Below, piece by piece: positions 45,445 to 56,444 of a stretch of DNA of 64,000 bases. Every line of letters begins with the position of its first letter. Position 1 is the first letter of the stretch. The translations under genes and the position numbers were made by a program. The notes beneath the pieces are model-generated. The model ran no database searches. It saw only the letters and a program-made list of their open reading frames with translations, and was not told where the DNA came from. The stretch is from Azolla caroliniana (lineage: Eukaryota > Plantae > Polypodiophyta). The stretch lies in contig JBHGNT010000008.1 in assembly GCA_043228905.1 (NCBI GenBank), positions 8,060,001 through 8,124,000 on the forward strand, read 5' to 3'.

Positions 45445-48400
45445 TCACTCTTCGCCCATCGGTCCTTCCTCGGTCTCGGACCAGTCGTCGCTGCTGTCTA
45501 GGAGAACCGGGTCTGGCTCGTCGTCGTGTCGCTTCTTGAAGGCTTTGATCCTCTTTCCAGCCACGGGTATCGCCATTCTCGTGCCGTCGAGTTCCGCCAG
45601 GTGATACGTCCCGTTGTCGTTGGCGCTTTGTACCGCGTACGGCCCAAACCATCTCCGCGCGAACTTCCGTGTAGCCCGGTGCTGGTTGTCGAGGCTGCTG
45701 TCGTAGACGAGCACCCAGTCACCTTCCTCGATCTTCTTCGGTCGGAGCCGGTGCGTTCGGTCGAACCTGGCTTTGTTCTTTGTCCTCGCCACCCGGAGCT
45801 TCTCCGCAGCCAGCTCCACATCCTCCGGTCTCCGCTCGAGTTGTCGTATACGCGCGGCCAACAACTCCTCCCGGCTCATCTCGTCCCTCCAGTCGACCGT
45901 TGCCCATGAGGAGATCGTCCGTTCCATCGGCATGATCGGCTTCTGGCCGAACATGAGCTCCGTCGGCATGTACCCGGTTACCGAACTGTGCGTAGTCCGG
46001 TCTGCCCACAAAGCATAAGGTAGAAGCCGCAGCCAGTTACCGACTTGGCCTCCGCATGCCCGAACCAGCGCCTTGACGATCGGCCCGTGTCCGCGCTCCA
46101 CCTTTCCATTCGCCTCCGGATTGTACGCAGTGGTGAGCGAGAGCTTGACTCCCAGCCGGTCGAACAGCTCCGCGGCTTCTTCGGCGTCCAACTCCCCTCG
46201 GTCAGCCACGATCTTCCCGACGCACCCGTACCGGCATATCACGTCCTCGATTAGGAACCGACATATGGCCGCGGTCGTTTTGTTCTGAAGGGCCCGACCT
46301 TCCACCTGGTTCGTCAGATCCTCCAATGCTAGGACCAGATACTGCATCTGTCCTACCCCCATTGGCATCGTCACCAGATCTACCATCCATTTGAAGTGGA
46401 TGGTCGGAGGGTACGTAGGGTGAAGCTCGTCCCGGTCTCGGACTACGGAGTGCATCTGACAGTTTTCGCAAGTCGTCACGAACCGACGCACGTCCCGGTA
46501 CAATCCCGGCCACCAGTACTTCCCCTTTAGTTTCTCGAACGTGGCCCACGTTCCACGGTGTCCAGCCCAAGGGCTGTCGTGGTAGGCCGCCAGCAGCTCC
46601 TCCTGTTCTTCCTTCATCGCCACCACCCGGAGCGGGACGCCGCTCCTCTTCTTCGGGTGTTTCCATAGATAGCCATCCCGGAGAAAGAACCGGTACGCTT
46701 TCTTCCGGATCCGGTTGGCCTCGTCTTTCGTCCATGACGCATCCGGCGCCATTGTCCTCAAGAACCCGCCGATCCGCAGCCACTCCCCGTCGTACTTGCT
46801 CGCGTCGAAGTCGTTAAGCGCCGGAGTGCTCGTCCCGTCTGTTGTTACGTATGCTACCTCGAAGAAGTCCACGCTGACCTCTTCGTCCTCCGAAACCATG
46901 CCTCCCTCGTCATCGAACCTCGCCCTCAAAAGCATGTCGGCCATGGCGTTGTCTTTTCCGGAAATGTGTCGTATTTCCGGGTCCAGGGACTTGATGTACG
47001 CTATCCACCTGAGCATCGCCAGGTCCGGTGTCGCGCATCCGGAAACCATGCCGAGAATTGGCAGGCAATCCGTCTCGATAATCACTTCTGTCCCGATCAG
47101 ATAGTCTTTGTCGGCCTTTACCGCCGAAACGATACCCCAGAGTTCGCGTTTAACCTGGGCGTATCCTCGCTGCCGCTCACTGAGGACTTTCGCGCCGAAT
47201 CGGATCGGAAACCGATTGCCGTCCTCGTCTTGTTGGTTGACGACCCACCCGATTCCGGTCGGACTCGTGTCAATCGTTATGTATACTGGGGTGCCCTTCT
47301 TGTAGACGGCCTTCCGGAGCGCCGGTGCTGCCGAAAGAGCCTCCTTCAGCTTCCGGACCGACTCCGTGTGCTCGTCAAGCCATTCGAACCTTCGCCCTTT
47401 CTTCAGCAACCCGTACAGCGGCTCCGCGACGTGTGCGTAATGCGGGATCCATATGTGGTAGAACGCGCATGCTCCCAAGAATCTTCGTACTTCCGTGACC
47501 GAGCTGAAGTCGGGCTTCATCGCGGAGATGGCTTCTACCTTTGCCGGAGACGGTTTCCGGCCATATGGCCCACATAAGTGTCCGACCACCATGATTTCCG
47601 ACTGCCTGAAGACTGATTTCTCCCCCGAGAAGGTGAGCCTCGCATCCTCTAGCCTTTGCAGCACCTTCTCGCAGTCGTCGATGTGCGTCGCCACGAATCG
47701 CCGGCATCCGTCCGGCCCGATCGTCTCGTCCTTCTCTGCTACCGGGCATCCCTTGATCAGGATGTCATCCAGAAACGGCATGGTGATGTCCGGGATGCAG
47801 TCCCTCAGAACCTTGTTCATCGCATTCACCATGTGGGCCACCGAGTTGGTCCCTCCTTGCGGCAGCGTACACATCCGCACTAGGCCGAGGGGAGTTCGCA
47901 TCGTCGTAATGTCTCTGCTCTCCACGGCTAGCTGGAACTGGTCGTACCCTGAGTATAGATCACCGACCGAGTAAATCGACCTTCCGGCGAAGGCCTCCGC
48001 GAACTCGTCTATGGTCGGTCCGATCCCTGCGTTCCGAATGGTCACCCTATTGACCGGTTGCAGGTCCTGAATGAAGCGCAATGATCCGTTTTTCTTTGGT
48101 ACGGTAAACCATCGGTTTGAATACGGGGCGCTCGACGGCTCGAGAATGCCCATATCAACTTTCTGCTTCAACAGCTCCATCAACTTCGGGATGTGAGCTC
48201 TCGGAACCGGAATTGGCTTGAGATTCCACGGTACATGCGATACCGTGAATATCACCATCGGCTCTACGATCGTCGGGTCTACGCACCCGATTTCCTCCGG
48301 AGAGAATGCGAAGGCTTTCCCGTGCCTTCCGAGCATTCTCCGAAACCGGTCTTCCTCCGCCGGTAGTAGGAACCCGCCCCCACCGATTTTGAGCTCCCGG

Positions 48401-48927
48401 AGCGTCTCGTTGGTGAAGGTGTGTCCTATGCAGGCCGGATCTCGTAAACTGGGGTCCGATGCAACCCCTTTGATTCGCGACTCGCTGCCCTCCGGTAAGG
48501 GTACCGCGACTGGCCTTACCTTCCGGTCCACAGTCTTGTACTTGGTGCTTACTCGAGCCGTCTGATCCGACTCGAGCCCCCGACCAAAGTCCGCGATGGC
48601 TTCGTACATCTCTTCGGAACATACCGGTATCGTCCGGTCTTCGTTAAGGTCTTCTTCGACTACCTTCCCCAGCATGCCCAAGGTGTCGTCGAAGGAGACC
48701 GCCTCCACGGCTCCGTTGATTTCCTCGTCAGGGCCGAGAACTCCGCACGCTCGAAGTCTCCCCTCCGTCTTTGTCTTCTCTCGGCCGGCGATGCCGACTA
48801 TCGTACATGCTCCGCTGTCGGAGAAGCAAACTTTCCTACCTATTGTACACGGTCTTATCGTACAGATGTGGGGTTTTCCCGGAGCATCCGGACTGTCGCG
48901 GCCCCACGCCTTGGCAGTCCTCTCTAA
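45445..48927 (-). CDS. Pol (RT-RNase H-integrase), in the -1 frame relative to gag-PR
   Basis: Open from the frameshift site to 45445; FLDD, IDTSP, HDSPWAGH..CENC, WMVDLV, WFGPY motifs. Confidence 0.92.
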   Translation of the reverse strand, partial: LERTAKAWGRDSPDAPGKPHICTIRPCTIGRKVCFSDSGACTIVGIAGREKTKTEGRLRACGVLGPDEEINGAVEAVSFDDTLGMLGKVVEEDLNEDRTIPVCSEEMYEAIADFGRGLESDQTARVSTKYKTVDRKVRPVAVPLPEGSESRIKGVASDPSLRDPACIGHTFTNETLRELKIGGGGFLLPAEEDRFRRMLGRHGKAFAFSPEEIGCVDPTIVEPMVIFTVSHVPWNLKPIPVPRAHIPKLMELLKQKVDMGILEPSSAPYSNRWFTVPKKNGSLRFIQDLQPVNRVTIRNAGIGPTIDEFAEAFAGRSIYSVGDLYSGYDQFQLAVESRDITTMRTPLGLVRMCTLPQGGTNSVAHMVNAMNKVLRDCIPDITMPFLDDILIKGCPVAEKDETIGPDGCRRFVATHIDDCEKVLQRLEDARLTFSGEKSVFRQSEIMVVGHLCGPYGRKPSPAKVEAISAMKPDFSSVTEVRRFLGACAFYHIWIPHYAHVAEPLYGLLKKGRRFEWLDEHTESVRKLKEALSAAPALRKAVYKKGTPVYITIDTSPTGIGWVVNQQDEDGNRFPIRFGAKVLSERQRGYAQVKRELWGIVSAVKADKDYLIGTEVIIETDCLPILGMVSGCATPDLAMLRWIAYIKSLDPEIRHISGKDNAMADMLLRARFDDEGGMVSEDEEVSVDFFEVAYVTTDGTSTPALNDFDASKYDGEWLRIGGFLRTMAPDASWTKDEANRIRKKAYRFFLRDGYLWKHPKKRSGVPLRVVAMKEEQEELLAAYHDSPWAGHRGTWATFEKLKGKYWWPGLYRDVRRFVTTCENCQMHSVVRDRDELHPTYPPTIHFKWMVDLVTMPMGVGQMQYLVLALEDLTNQVEGRALQNKTTAAICRFLIEDVICRYGCVGKIVADRGELDAEEAAELFDRLGVKLSLTTAYNPEANGKVERGHGPIVKALVRACGGQVGNWLRLLPYALWADRTTHSSVTGYMPTELMFGQKPIMPMERTISSWATVDWRDEMSREELLAARIRQLERRPEDVELAAEKLRVARTKNKARFDRTHRLRPKKIEEGDWVLVYDSSLDNQHRATRKFARRWFGPYAVQSANDNGTYHLAELDGTRMAIPVAGKRIKAFKKRHDDEPDPVLLDSSDDWSETEEGPMGEE

Positions 48928-48933
48928 AAATCC
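48867..48933 (-). promoter_or_regulatory. Predicted -1 ribosomal frameshift signal: G GAU UUU slippery site plus H-type pseudoknot
   Basis: GGATTTTTAG, then stem GGACTG/CAGTCC and loop GTGGGG pairing with downstream CCCCAC; conserved with compensatory changes at 17637-17700 and 20509-20574. Confidence 0.8.
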
Positions 48934-51050
48934 TCTCGGTTTTCGGAACCGAGGGAGTCGCGGTTACGTTCGTGGTTCGGCCGTACCGTCAGAAACTGGA
49001 CCGAACGGCGCCCGTCCTGGCTTTTGACCCTTGCATAGGCCGAACCGTTATTCAGCACCTCGGTCTCCATTCGCGCCGCCGTGATGTACGGCTCTCCCAA
49101 TATTACCGGATGCGAGGACGTCTCCTGTACGAAGAAGTGCTGGTCAATCTCGACGTCGCCGATCTTGACCCGTACGTTCGGACAGGCCCCGTGCAGTTCC
49201 TCGGTGGCGCGCGTCGCCGCTCGTATCTTCCACCCGTGCTTGGTGTTGATCGGCCATTTGCCCTTCTTGTAGAAGTCCATGGACATTAGGTTGATCTCCG
49301 AACCGTGGTCCACCAAAGCTACCACCGGTTCTTGGACATCTCCGATCTTCACCGGGGTTTCCGTGGTCGCTCGGGCCCAGTGTGGCCTCGAATAGTGGCT
49401 CTCCGCCCACTCATCTTCCAGCAACATGTCGTCTAGGTGCGTCGTCCGCACCTCTACCGGTCTTTCCGGTTCTACCTCCGTTGACAGCCTCTTCCGCTTC
49501 ACCAAGTCCAGGATGGAGTCGTGGAACTCCTTCCTGGCGATTCCTAGCACTTCCCGTAATGACAGCTCCACCTTGTTGTCGAGGATCCGTTCTTCTAGGA
49601 CCTTCCGCAGGTCCGTGGTCCTCTCTATTTCCGTCCCCAGTCGGTATCCGCCCTTCCTGGGGTTATCTTGCGCACTGGACCCGCCGGCCTCGTTCCGTCG
49701 TTGCCCGAACCGGGTCTCGTATCGTTGTGAGGGCCCGGTCGTTCCGGTTTTCCCCACCCGCTTCTCTTCTACCAGAGCCTCGTAGTTCTGGCAGGCGGCT
49801 TCCACGAAGCCCGTCTTTTCCTCGACCGGGTCGCTCCACCCGGTTATCTCCCGGACCCGTTTCTCCGCGCGGTCCGCTTCGTCCCCTTTCAGCCGCGTAC
49901 CGGCGAGGCCTTCCAGCATCGCCGACCAGAATCCGGCTTTGCTTTCCTTTCGGGCCTCGCTGCCCCCGACCCGAATGCCGGCCGACGCCGAGTAGTGGAC
50001 GGTTTCCGCATGTCGGGCCGCCGCCTCTTCCATCAGTCTCTTCATTCCTCCTCGCCCGTCGTTTCGGTTTAGGGCCCTTCTGGTGTCGCTGGCGTGCACC
50101 CGGCCTTCCCACAGGTACACCACCCGGTTCTTCAGCGCCTCTGCGAAATCGCCGCAGTCCTTCCGAATGTGGCCGACCTCGTCGCACCACATGCATCTGT
50201 TTCCCGCTGCCGGCCGTCGGTCGCGAGCCGGTTCGCCGCCTTCCCTGCGGGCTTGTGCAATTTGGAGGTCCTTTATCGCCCTCGTCAATTCCTCCACCGC
50301 AGCTCCTCCGGTCGAGCCTCTGATCACGCCGGTCGAAGCTGAACCGGTTTCCAGCCACTCCCGGGTCTCTCCCTTTCGCACCGGCTGCGCCGGTTCAAGC
50401 TTCCTTGCTGCGCCCGAGCCCGACCCGGTCGCCCCGTTATCCGCCCATTCTCGCCGTTTGTCGAAACGGCCGCAGGCTCTCTTAACCGCCGCCCAGTCGA
50501 TCGTCAGCCCGTCTTCGGTTTCCAGCAGGGCGCCCACGTGATCCCGATCCTGCTCGTCCACCGACTTGACGAACAGTAGGACCCGGCTTGTATCCAGGAT
50601 CGTTCGGTCAAGCGTCGAAAGGCGCGCAAAGTTTTCCTCAAACTCCCGGAGGAGTGCCGACGCATTTCTTCCCTTCCCGGGGAACTCCACCCATTCCATG
50701 AAGCTTCGTTTCGAAAGCCGGAGCGCGTCGTCCAGCCCGTATTTCTCGAGGAGCCGACCTTCGAACTCCTCCCAGGTACGGCTCTCCGCCCGCACCTCGA
50801 GCACCTCCGCATGGATGCTCGGCATCGCCACTCGAGGAAATCCGGCAAGACGCCTTTCTTCCGGAATGTCCCGCATCAGCATCTCTGCACCGTAGGACGC
50901 CAAGTACTTCGTGGCATCCTTTCCGCTGAATCGGCCGTTTGTACCGACGACCGCCTCAATGGCTCTGTCGAGGGTGCCGGAGCCCTCGCGTGCGTTTACT
51001 AACCGGTCAACGGCCGAAGCCATGGCCTCTGCAAGATCCGATCCCCTCAT
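48924..51050 (-). CDS. Gag-protease ORF1 (~708 aa from MRGSDLAE)
   Basis: CMWCDEVGHIRKDC knuckle; LVDHGSEIN aspartic protease; ends EDF*. Confidence 0.92.
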   Translation of the reverse strand: MRGSDLAEAMASAVDRLVNAREGSGTLDRAIEAVVGTNGRFSGKDATKYLASYGAEMLMRDIPEERRLAGFPRVAMPSIHAEVLEVRAESRTWEEFEGRLLEKYGLDDALRLSKRSFMEWVEFPGKGRNASALLREFEENFARLSTLDRTILDTSRVLLFVKSVDEQDRDHVGALLETEDGLTIDWAAVKRACGRFDKRREWADNGATGSGSGAARKLEPAQPVRKGETREWLETGSASTGVIRGSTGGAAVEELTRAIKDLQIAQARREGGEPARDRRPAAGNRCMWCDEVGHIRKDCGDFAEALKNRVVYLWEGRVHASDTRRALNRNDGRGGMKRLMEEAAARHAETVHYSASAGIRVGGSEARKESKAGFWSAMLEGLAGTRLKGDEADRAEKRVREITGWSDPVEEKTGFVEAACQNYEALVEEKRVGKTGTTGPSQRYETRFGQRRNEAGGSSAQDNPRKGGYRLGTEIERTTDLRKVLEERILDNKVELSLREVLGIARKEFHDSILDLVKRKRLSTEVEPERPVEVRTTHLDDMLLEDEWAESHYSRPHWARATTETPVKIGDVQEPVVALVDHGSEINLMSMDFYKKGKWPINTKHGWKIRAATRATEELHGACPNVRVKIGDVEIDQHFFVQETSSHPVILGEPYITAARMETEVLNNGSAYARVKSQDGRRSVQFLTVRPNHERNRDSLGSENREDF

Positions 51051-54000
51051 TTCCTGCTCTTCTGCCGCCTCTTTCACGTCGGGTTCACCAAGATGTCGCG
51101 ATATTACGCAAGTGCGTATAGAAACGAGGCGGGACCGCGGGGGTCTTGAACCGAAGAGCAAGCGAGGGTGGAGAAAGAGAGAGGACCGGTTACGCAGGAC
51201 CGGGGATACACAGGGACACGGCCCTTCAACACAGAGAACGCGAATAGACGCCGACACAGGTAGACGCAAACAAATGAATATATATATATATATATGAGCA
51301 AATATCTTATCAAGAAGCTACAACCCGCGATGGGGCACAGGATGGTTACAACCGAACAGGCCGGCGAACAGATGCCGATGCCTGTTCGCTGCGTCGCACA
51401 AAAGGGAGCAGGTCGGAGGTGCTGCCGGAAGCACTCGGGCGTTCCTCGAAACAGCGCGAGCCTCCTCGAAAACCTGCACAGGAAAAGCTATGGAGAAAAA
51501 GGGAAGGAGAACAGAGAGAGAAGCGTCCAGAATCGGTCCGACAGCACTTCGTCCTCTCCGCACGATCCTTTGTTCCTCCCCGTCCTCCTCCTTTTATCGG
51601 TCAAGAAGGAGCCGTTCGGCATTAAATTCCCACCTACCGTATCTAACCACTTCGATCCTCCTAGGTACCTAATTCGCCTCTATGTACAACTTGGCGCGCA
51701 CGTGCGTGAAGAGCCGGTTCCCACGCCTTGGTGCCCCAATTCCACCCTTGGACGGTTTTCTTCACGACAACGGTCTGAACCATCTTCTTGCGAACTTCCT
51801 TGTTGTACTGTGTTGATTGTCAAGGTTGTTGTCGTAAACCAATACCCAATCTCCTTCTTCGATCTTCTTGGGATGCAGTCGATGCGTCTTATCGAATCAA
51901 ATTTTGTTCTTCACTCGGGCTGCCTCCATCATCTTTCACGCTTTTTCTAGATCTTCAGGTCTCCTTTCAAGTTGCCTTATCCGTGTCGCTAATAACTCTT
52001 CTTGGCTCATCTCGTTCTCCCATGGTATCGCTACCCATGAGGCAATCATTCTTTCGATGGGCATTGCCGGCTTTTGTCCATACATAAGCTCCGTTGGCAT
52101 ATACCCCATCACCGAGCTGTGTGTCGTTCTGTCAGCCCACAAGGCATAGGGTAATAGTCGTGGCCAATTCCCTACTCAACCGTTGCATGCCCGTATGATG
52201 GCTTTGACGATAGGTCCATGCCCTCGCTCGATCTTCCCATTTGCTTTTGGATTGTAGGCAGTCGTGAGGGAGAGCTTCACACCTAGTCGTTCAAAGAGCT
52301 CTGTTGCTTCGTGTGCATCCAACTCCCCTCGGTCGGCAACTATCTTTCCCACACATCCGTATCGCCAAACAACCTCTTCGAGTAGAAATTTGCAAACAAC
52401 CGACATCGTTTTATTTGTCAAGGCTCCTCCTTCCACTTGATTTGTCAAGTCTTCTCTTGCCAGAGCTAAGTACTTCATTTGTCCCACTCCCATTGGCATT
52501 GAGACCAGATCCACCATCCATTTGAAGTGTATGGTGAGTGGGTATGTCGGTCGTGGCTCATCACAATGACGGATATTCAAATGTACTTGGCATGTTTCGC
52601 ATGTGGTCACGAAATGGAGTACATCTTTGTACATGCTTGGCCACCAGTACTTCTCCTTCAACTTCTCGAACATCGCCCATGTTCCTCTATGACCTGCCCA
52701 TGCATTCTCGTGAAATTCGATCATTAGCGTCACTTGCTCTTCTTTCTTCACCACCAGTCGACGTGGTATTCCTGTCCTTCTTTTTGGGTGTCGCCAAAGG
52801 AATCCTCCCTTCAAGAAGTATTGGTAGGCTTTCTTCCAGATTCGTAGGGCCTCCTCCTTCGTCAACGAAGCATCTGTCGTCATCGTTCTTAGGAATCTGC
52901 CGATTAGTAACCATTCCCCTTCGTACTCGTCCTCGTTGAATGCGTGGAGGGTTAGCATGCCCTTGTCTTCCGCCAATAGTGGAGACATCTTAAGAAGTCG
53001 AGGGTGACGTCTTCATCTTTCGAAACCATGTCACCTTCATTGTCAAATCTTGCCCTTGATAGCATGTCAGCCATGGCGTTCTTCTTCCCTGCAATATGGT
53101 GGATCTCTGGGTTTAAAGACTTGATATAGGCGATCCACCTTAGTATATCTAGATCTGGTGTCGCACATCCTGAGATCATTCCGAGGACTGGGAGACAATC
53201 TGTCTCAATTATTACTTCCGATCCGATCAGGTAGTCTTTGTACGTCTTCATTGCCGACACAATACCCCAAAGTTCTCGCTTGACTTGGGCGTATCTTTGT
53301 TGTCGTTCGCTGAGAACCTTTGCTCCGAACCGGATGGCATACCATGCATTATCTTCTCCTTCTTGGTTGATGACCCACCCGATTCCGGTTGGGCTCGTAT
53401 CGACAGTCACATAAATTGGTTTTCCTTCGGTATAGTCGGCTTTTCTTAGTGCTGGAGCTTCAAGAAGTAGTTTCTTCAATCTTCACATCGCGTTCGTGTG
53501 CTCGTCTCGCCATTCGAACTTCATTATTTTCTTTAGCAACCCATATAAAGGCTCGGCGACATGGGCGTAGTGCGGAATCCAAATATGGTAAAATGCGCAT
53601 GCTCCAAGGAACCTTCAAACCTCCATTTGGTTTTTGCATTCTTCTTTCATGTCTTGGATCGCGTTCACTTTGGATGGCGAAGGCTTCCGGCCGTATGCTC
53701 CACACAAGTGACCTACCACCAAAATCTCTGATTGCCCGAATGCAGATTTTTCTCCCGAAAATGTCAAATTCGCATCTTCGAGCCTTTGAAGCACCTTCTT
53801 GCAATCTTTCATATGATCTGCGACGAACTTTCTACACCCTTCCTTATCTTTCGATTCATCTTTCTCCTCATCCGAACATCCTTTTATCGGAATATCATCC
53901 AAGAACGGCATCGTGATGTCTAGGCATTCACCATATGAGCCACCGTATGCTCCACACAAGTGACCTACCACCAAAATCTCTGATTGCCCGAATGCAGATT

Positions 54001-54741
54001 TTTCTCCTAAAAATTTCAAATTCGCATCTTCGAGCCTTTGAAGCACCTTCTTGCAATCTTTCATATGAACCGCAACGAACTTTCTACACCCTTCCTTATC
54101 TTTCGATTCATCTTTCTCCTCATCTGAACATCCTTTTATCGGAATATCATCCAAGAACAGCATCGTGATGTCTAGGCATTCACCATATGAGCCACCGAGT
54201 TCGTTGCACCTTGAGGTAAGGTACACATCCGCACGAGCCCGATCAGAGTCCTCATGATTGTAATGTCATGATTGTCGATCGCCAATTGGAGTTGGTCATA
54301 TCCGGAGTAGAGATCACCAATCAAGTAGATGGACCGGCCCACAAACGCCTCGGCAAATTCGTCCACGCTCGGACCAATTCCAGCATTTTGAATTGTCACC
54401 TTGTTGAAGATCTTGGATGAATCGCAACGATCCATTCTTCTTCGGCACCGTGAACCACCTATTAGAGTAAGGAGCATTCGACGGTTCTAGAATACCCATA
54501 TTCACTTTCTCCTTTAAGAGCTTGATCAGCTTCGGGAGGTGCGCTCTTGGAACTGGTATTGGTTTCAAATTCAAAGGCACATGCGGCACCATGAAGATCA
54601 CCATCGGCTCTATAATCGTTGGGTCGGCACATCCGATTTCTTGGGGAGAGAACGCAAAGCCTTTCCCATCGCTTTCAAGCATTTCACGAAACTTTCACTC
54701 CTCTTCAAGGAGGAGGAAATCCTCCTTTCCAACTTGTAGCT

Positions 54742-56444
54742 TGTTACCGACTGGCAAGAAGGCTTAAGGAGGTTCAAACCAGAGTGTGAAAGGAATAGTT
54801 TATTCGGGAATTGTTGTAATTAGTAGTCTTAATATATATATTAATATATGAGAAGATGTGGACGGACGGATCGGAATCGGTATGCCGATCCGGATCCGGA
54901 CCGATCCCGAAAAGGTGCCGGTTGGCACCGTTTTGTAGTTCGCACCGGAGACCTATATAAAGGCTCGGTTACAATGTAATCGAGAGCGGATAATTAATTG
55001 AACTTATTGTACTCATTGTTATATCTTACACGTGTTAATGGTGTGTTGCTAAGTAATCGATTAAAGTCTAATTAAGAGTTGTGCCGTAAGTCATCTTGTC
55101 GTAACACCCTTTGGTGAAGTATCCCATCGTGGTCACCAGCGACCGTACTGGATCACACGCGGGTTCAATGGGTCTTACCAGTTAGGGACACTTGCCGGCG
55201 AGGTGCTGGGTAAATGGGTCAACGGATTTAGACTAAAGCCATACAAAAGACCTATGCCAGAGAACCCATTTGAACAAAGGGCCGACGCCAAATCGGACGC
55301 CGGCAGGCCAACCACAACGGCAACCTGTGAGGAAAATGGCTACCACCAAGCCGGTAAGGAGGAGCACGCGCCGGCAACCGGGGAAAGCATAACGACGGCA
55401 AACCGTCAAGAGGCCGGCAAGGTGCGCGTTTTGGGTAAGGGTCTGACAGGACCGGAAAAAAATTAACCACACTATTTGTTGGGAGACAGGTCCCTCCGGA
55501 TGGGAAGGGAGAAGAACAGTGCCGACGAACAAACGGTATGAGGAGTACCCGGCTACGGAGAGCCGGATGATACAGGCCCGGTGTGAACCGGATGAGGAGT
55601 ACCCGGCTACGGAGAGCCGGATGATACAGGCCCGGTGTGAACCGGATGAGGAGTACCCGGCTACGGAGAGCCGGATGATACAGGCCCGGGGTGAACCGGA
55701 TGAGGAGTACCCGGCTACGGAGAGCCGGATGATACAGGCCCGGTGTGAACCGGATGAGTAGTACCCGGCTACGGAGAGCCGGATGGTGCAGGCCCGGTGT
55801 GAACCGGATGAGGAGTACCTGGCTACGGAGAGCCGGATGGTGCAAAACCGGAGGAAGAGACATATTCGTAAATATGTTTTCTGAGAGCCCATCGAGGCTA
55901 TATTTGTAAATAGCCGAAAAGTCATATTAGTATAAATATGACTTAGGGCAAACTTTTAGTAGTTGTTGTCATTTTTCCTTGTTGGTGCAAGAAGAAGAGA
56001 GAGCACATAACAGTGTATAGAGAGAGAGAAAGAGGTCGATGCCTCTGTTGTAACCGCCGCCTGTGGCGAAGATCGTGAGTCCGAGGTCGTTGCCTCCGTG
56101 TACTCACTGTTTTGTACATTCATACATAGTGACAGTTTGCAGCCTGTGGGCTGCCGTGGTTTTTTTTCCCTCTTTGGAGTTTTTCCACGTTAACCTCCTG
56201 TGTACCATTTCTCTTCTCTGTGTCGTGTTCTATTTCCCGTTTTCTGTGTATGAAAAGAAGCTCGGTTGTGGCCAAGCGTTGTGTATAAGGAGCGTTGAGT
56301 TCCCGTCAAGACTATTGCCTTAAAAATAAAAATAAATAAAATAAATAAAATAAAGGAGCAAATCAAATAAATCATGGAAAGGAGTGGTGGAAACGGCCAT
56401 GCAAACGAGTAAAGAGGCACATCGAAAAGGTACGAGGGGCTATG
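54742..56444 (+). mobile_element. Internally deleted non-chromovirus-type gypsy element (LTR-like 54742-55106 joined almost directly to the integrase C-terminus)
   Basis: TGTTAC..GTAACA termini with a TATA box; then GSYQLGTLAGEVLGKWVNGFRLKPY, homologous to the end of the 35827-41316 polyprotein. Confidence 0.7.
55477..56311 (+). mobile_element. Solo LTR of the copia family at 23444-26092, with ~6 54-bp repeats
   Basis: Homologous to the LTR starting at 25301; 5-bp TSD CTATT at 55472-55476 and 56312-56316. Confidence 0.87.

Larger units (their letters stand above)
44695..51769 (-). mobile_element. Full-length tRNA-Trp-primed Ty3/gypsy element; LTRs 44695-45372 and 51094-51769; 4-bp TSD ACGG
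   Basis: LTRs differ at about 5 substitutions plus one AT indel; PBS 51073-51090; PPT 45373-45389; ACGG at 44691-44694 and 51770-51773; intact ORFs. Confidence 0.96.
34716..54741 (-). mobile_element. Old gypsy host element (RT/RH/IN 51774-54741; IN C-terminus 44671-44690 and 35066-35306; PPT and 3' LTR up to 35065), interrupted by two younger elements; left boundary approximate
   Basis: Removing both insertions and one copy of each TSD restores ..KFARRWFRPYIVIGANDNATYHLSELDG..; CTTCACGACA LTR terminus at 35065 followed by a pyrimidine tract; 252-bp tandem duplication at 53691-54194. Confidence 0.85.

Noticed and set aside
45498-51121. Many antisense and alternate-frame ORFs over gag-pol (also 19595-22788 and in the copia elements)
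   Set aside because: Shadow ORFs expected in GC-rich coding sequence; no recognisable motifs.
55233-55925. Repetitive 200-230 aa ORFs (also 25131-25698)
   Set aside because: Produced by the 54-bp LTR repeat, whose length is a multiple of 3.
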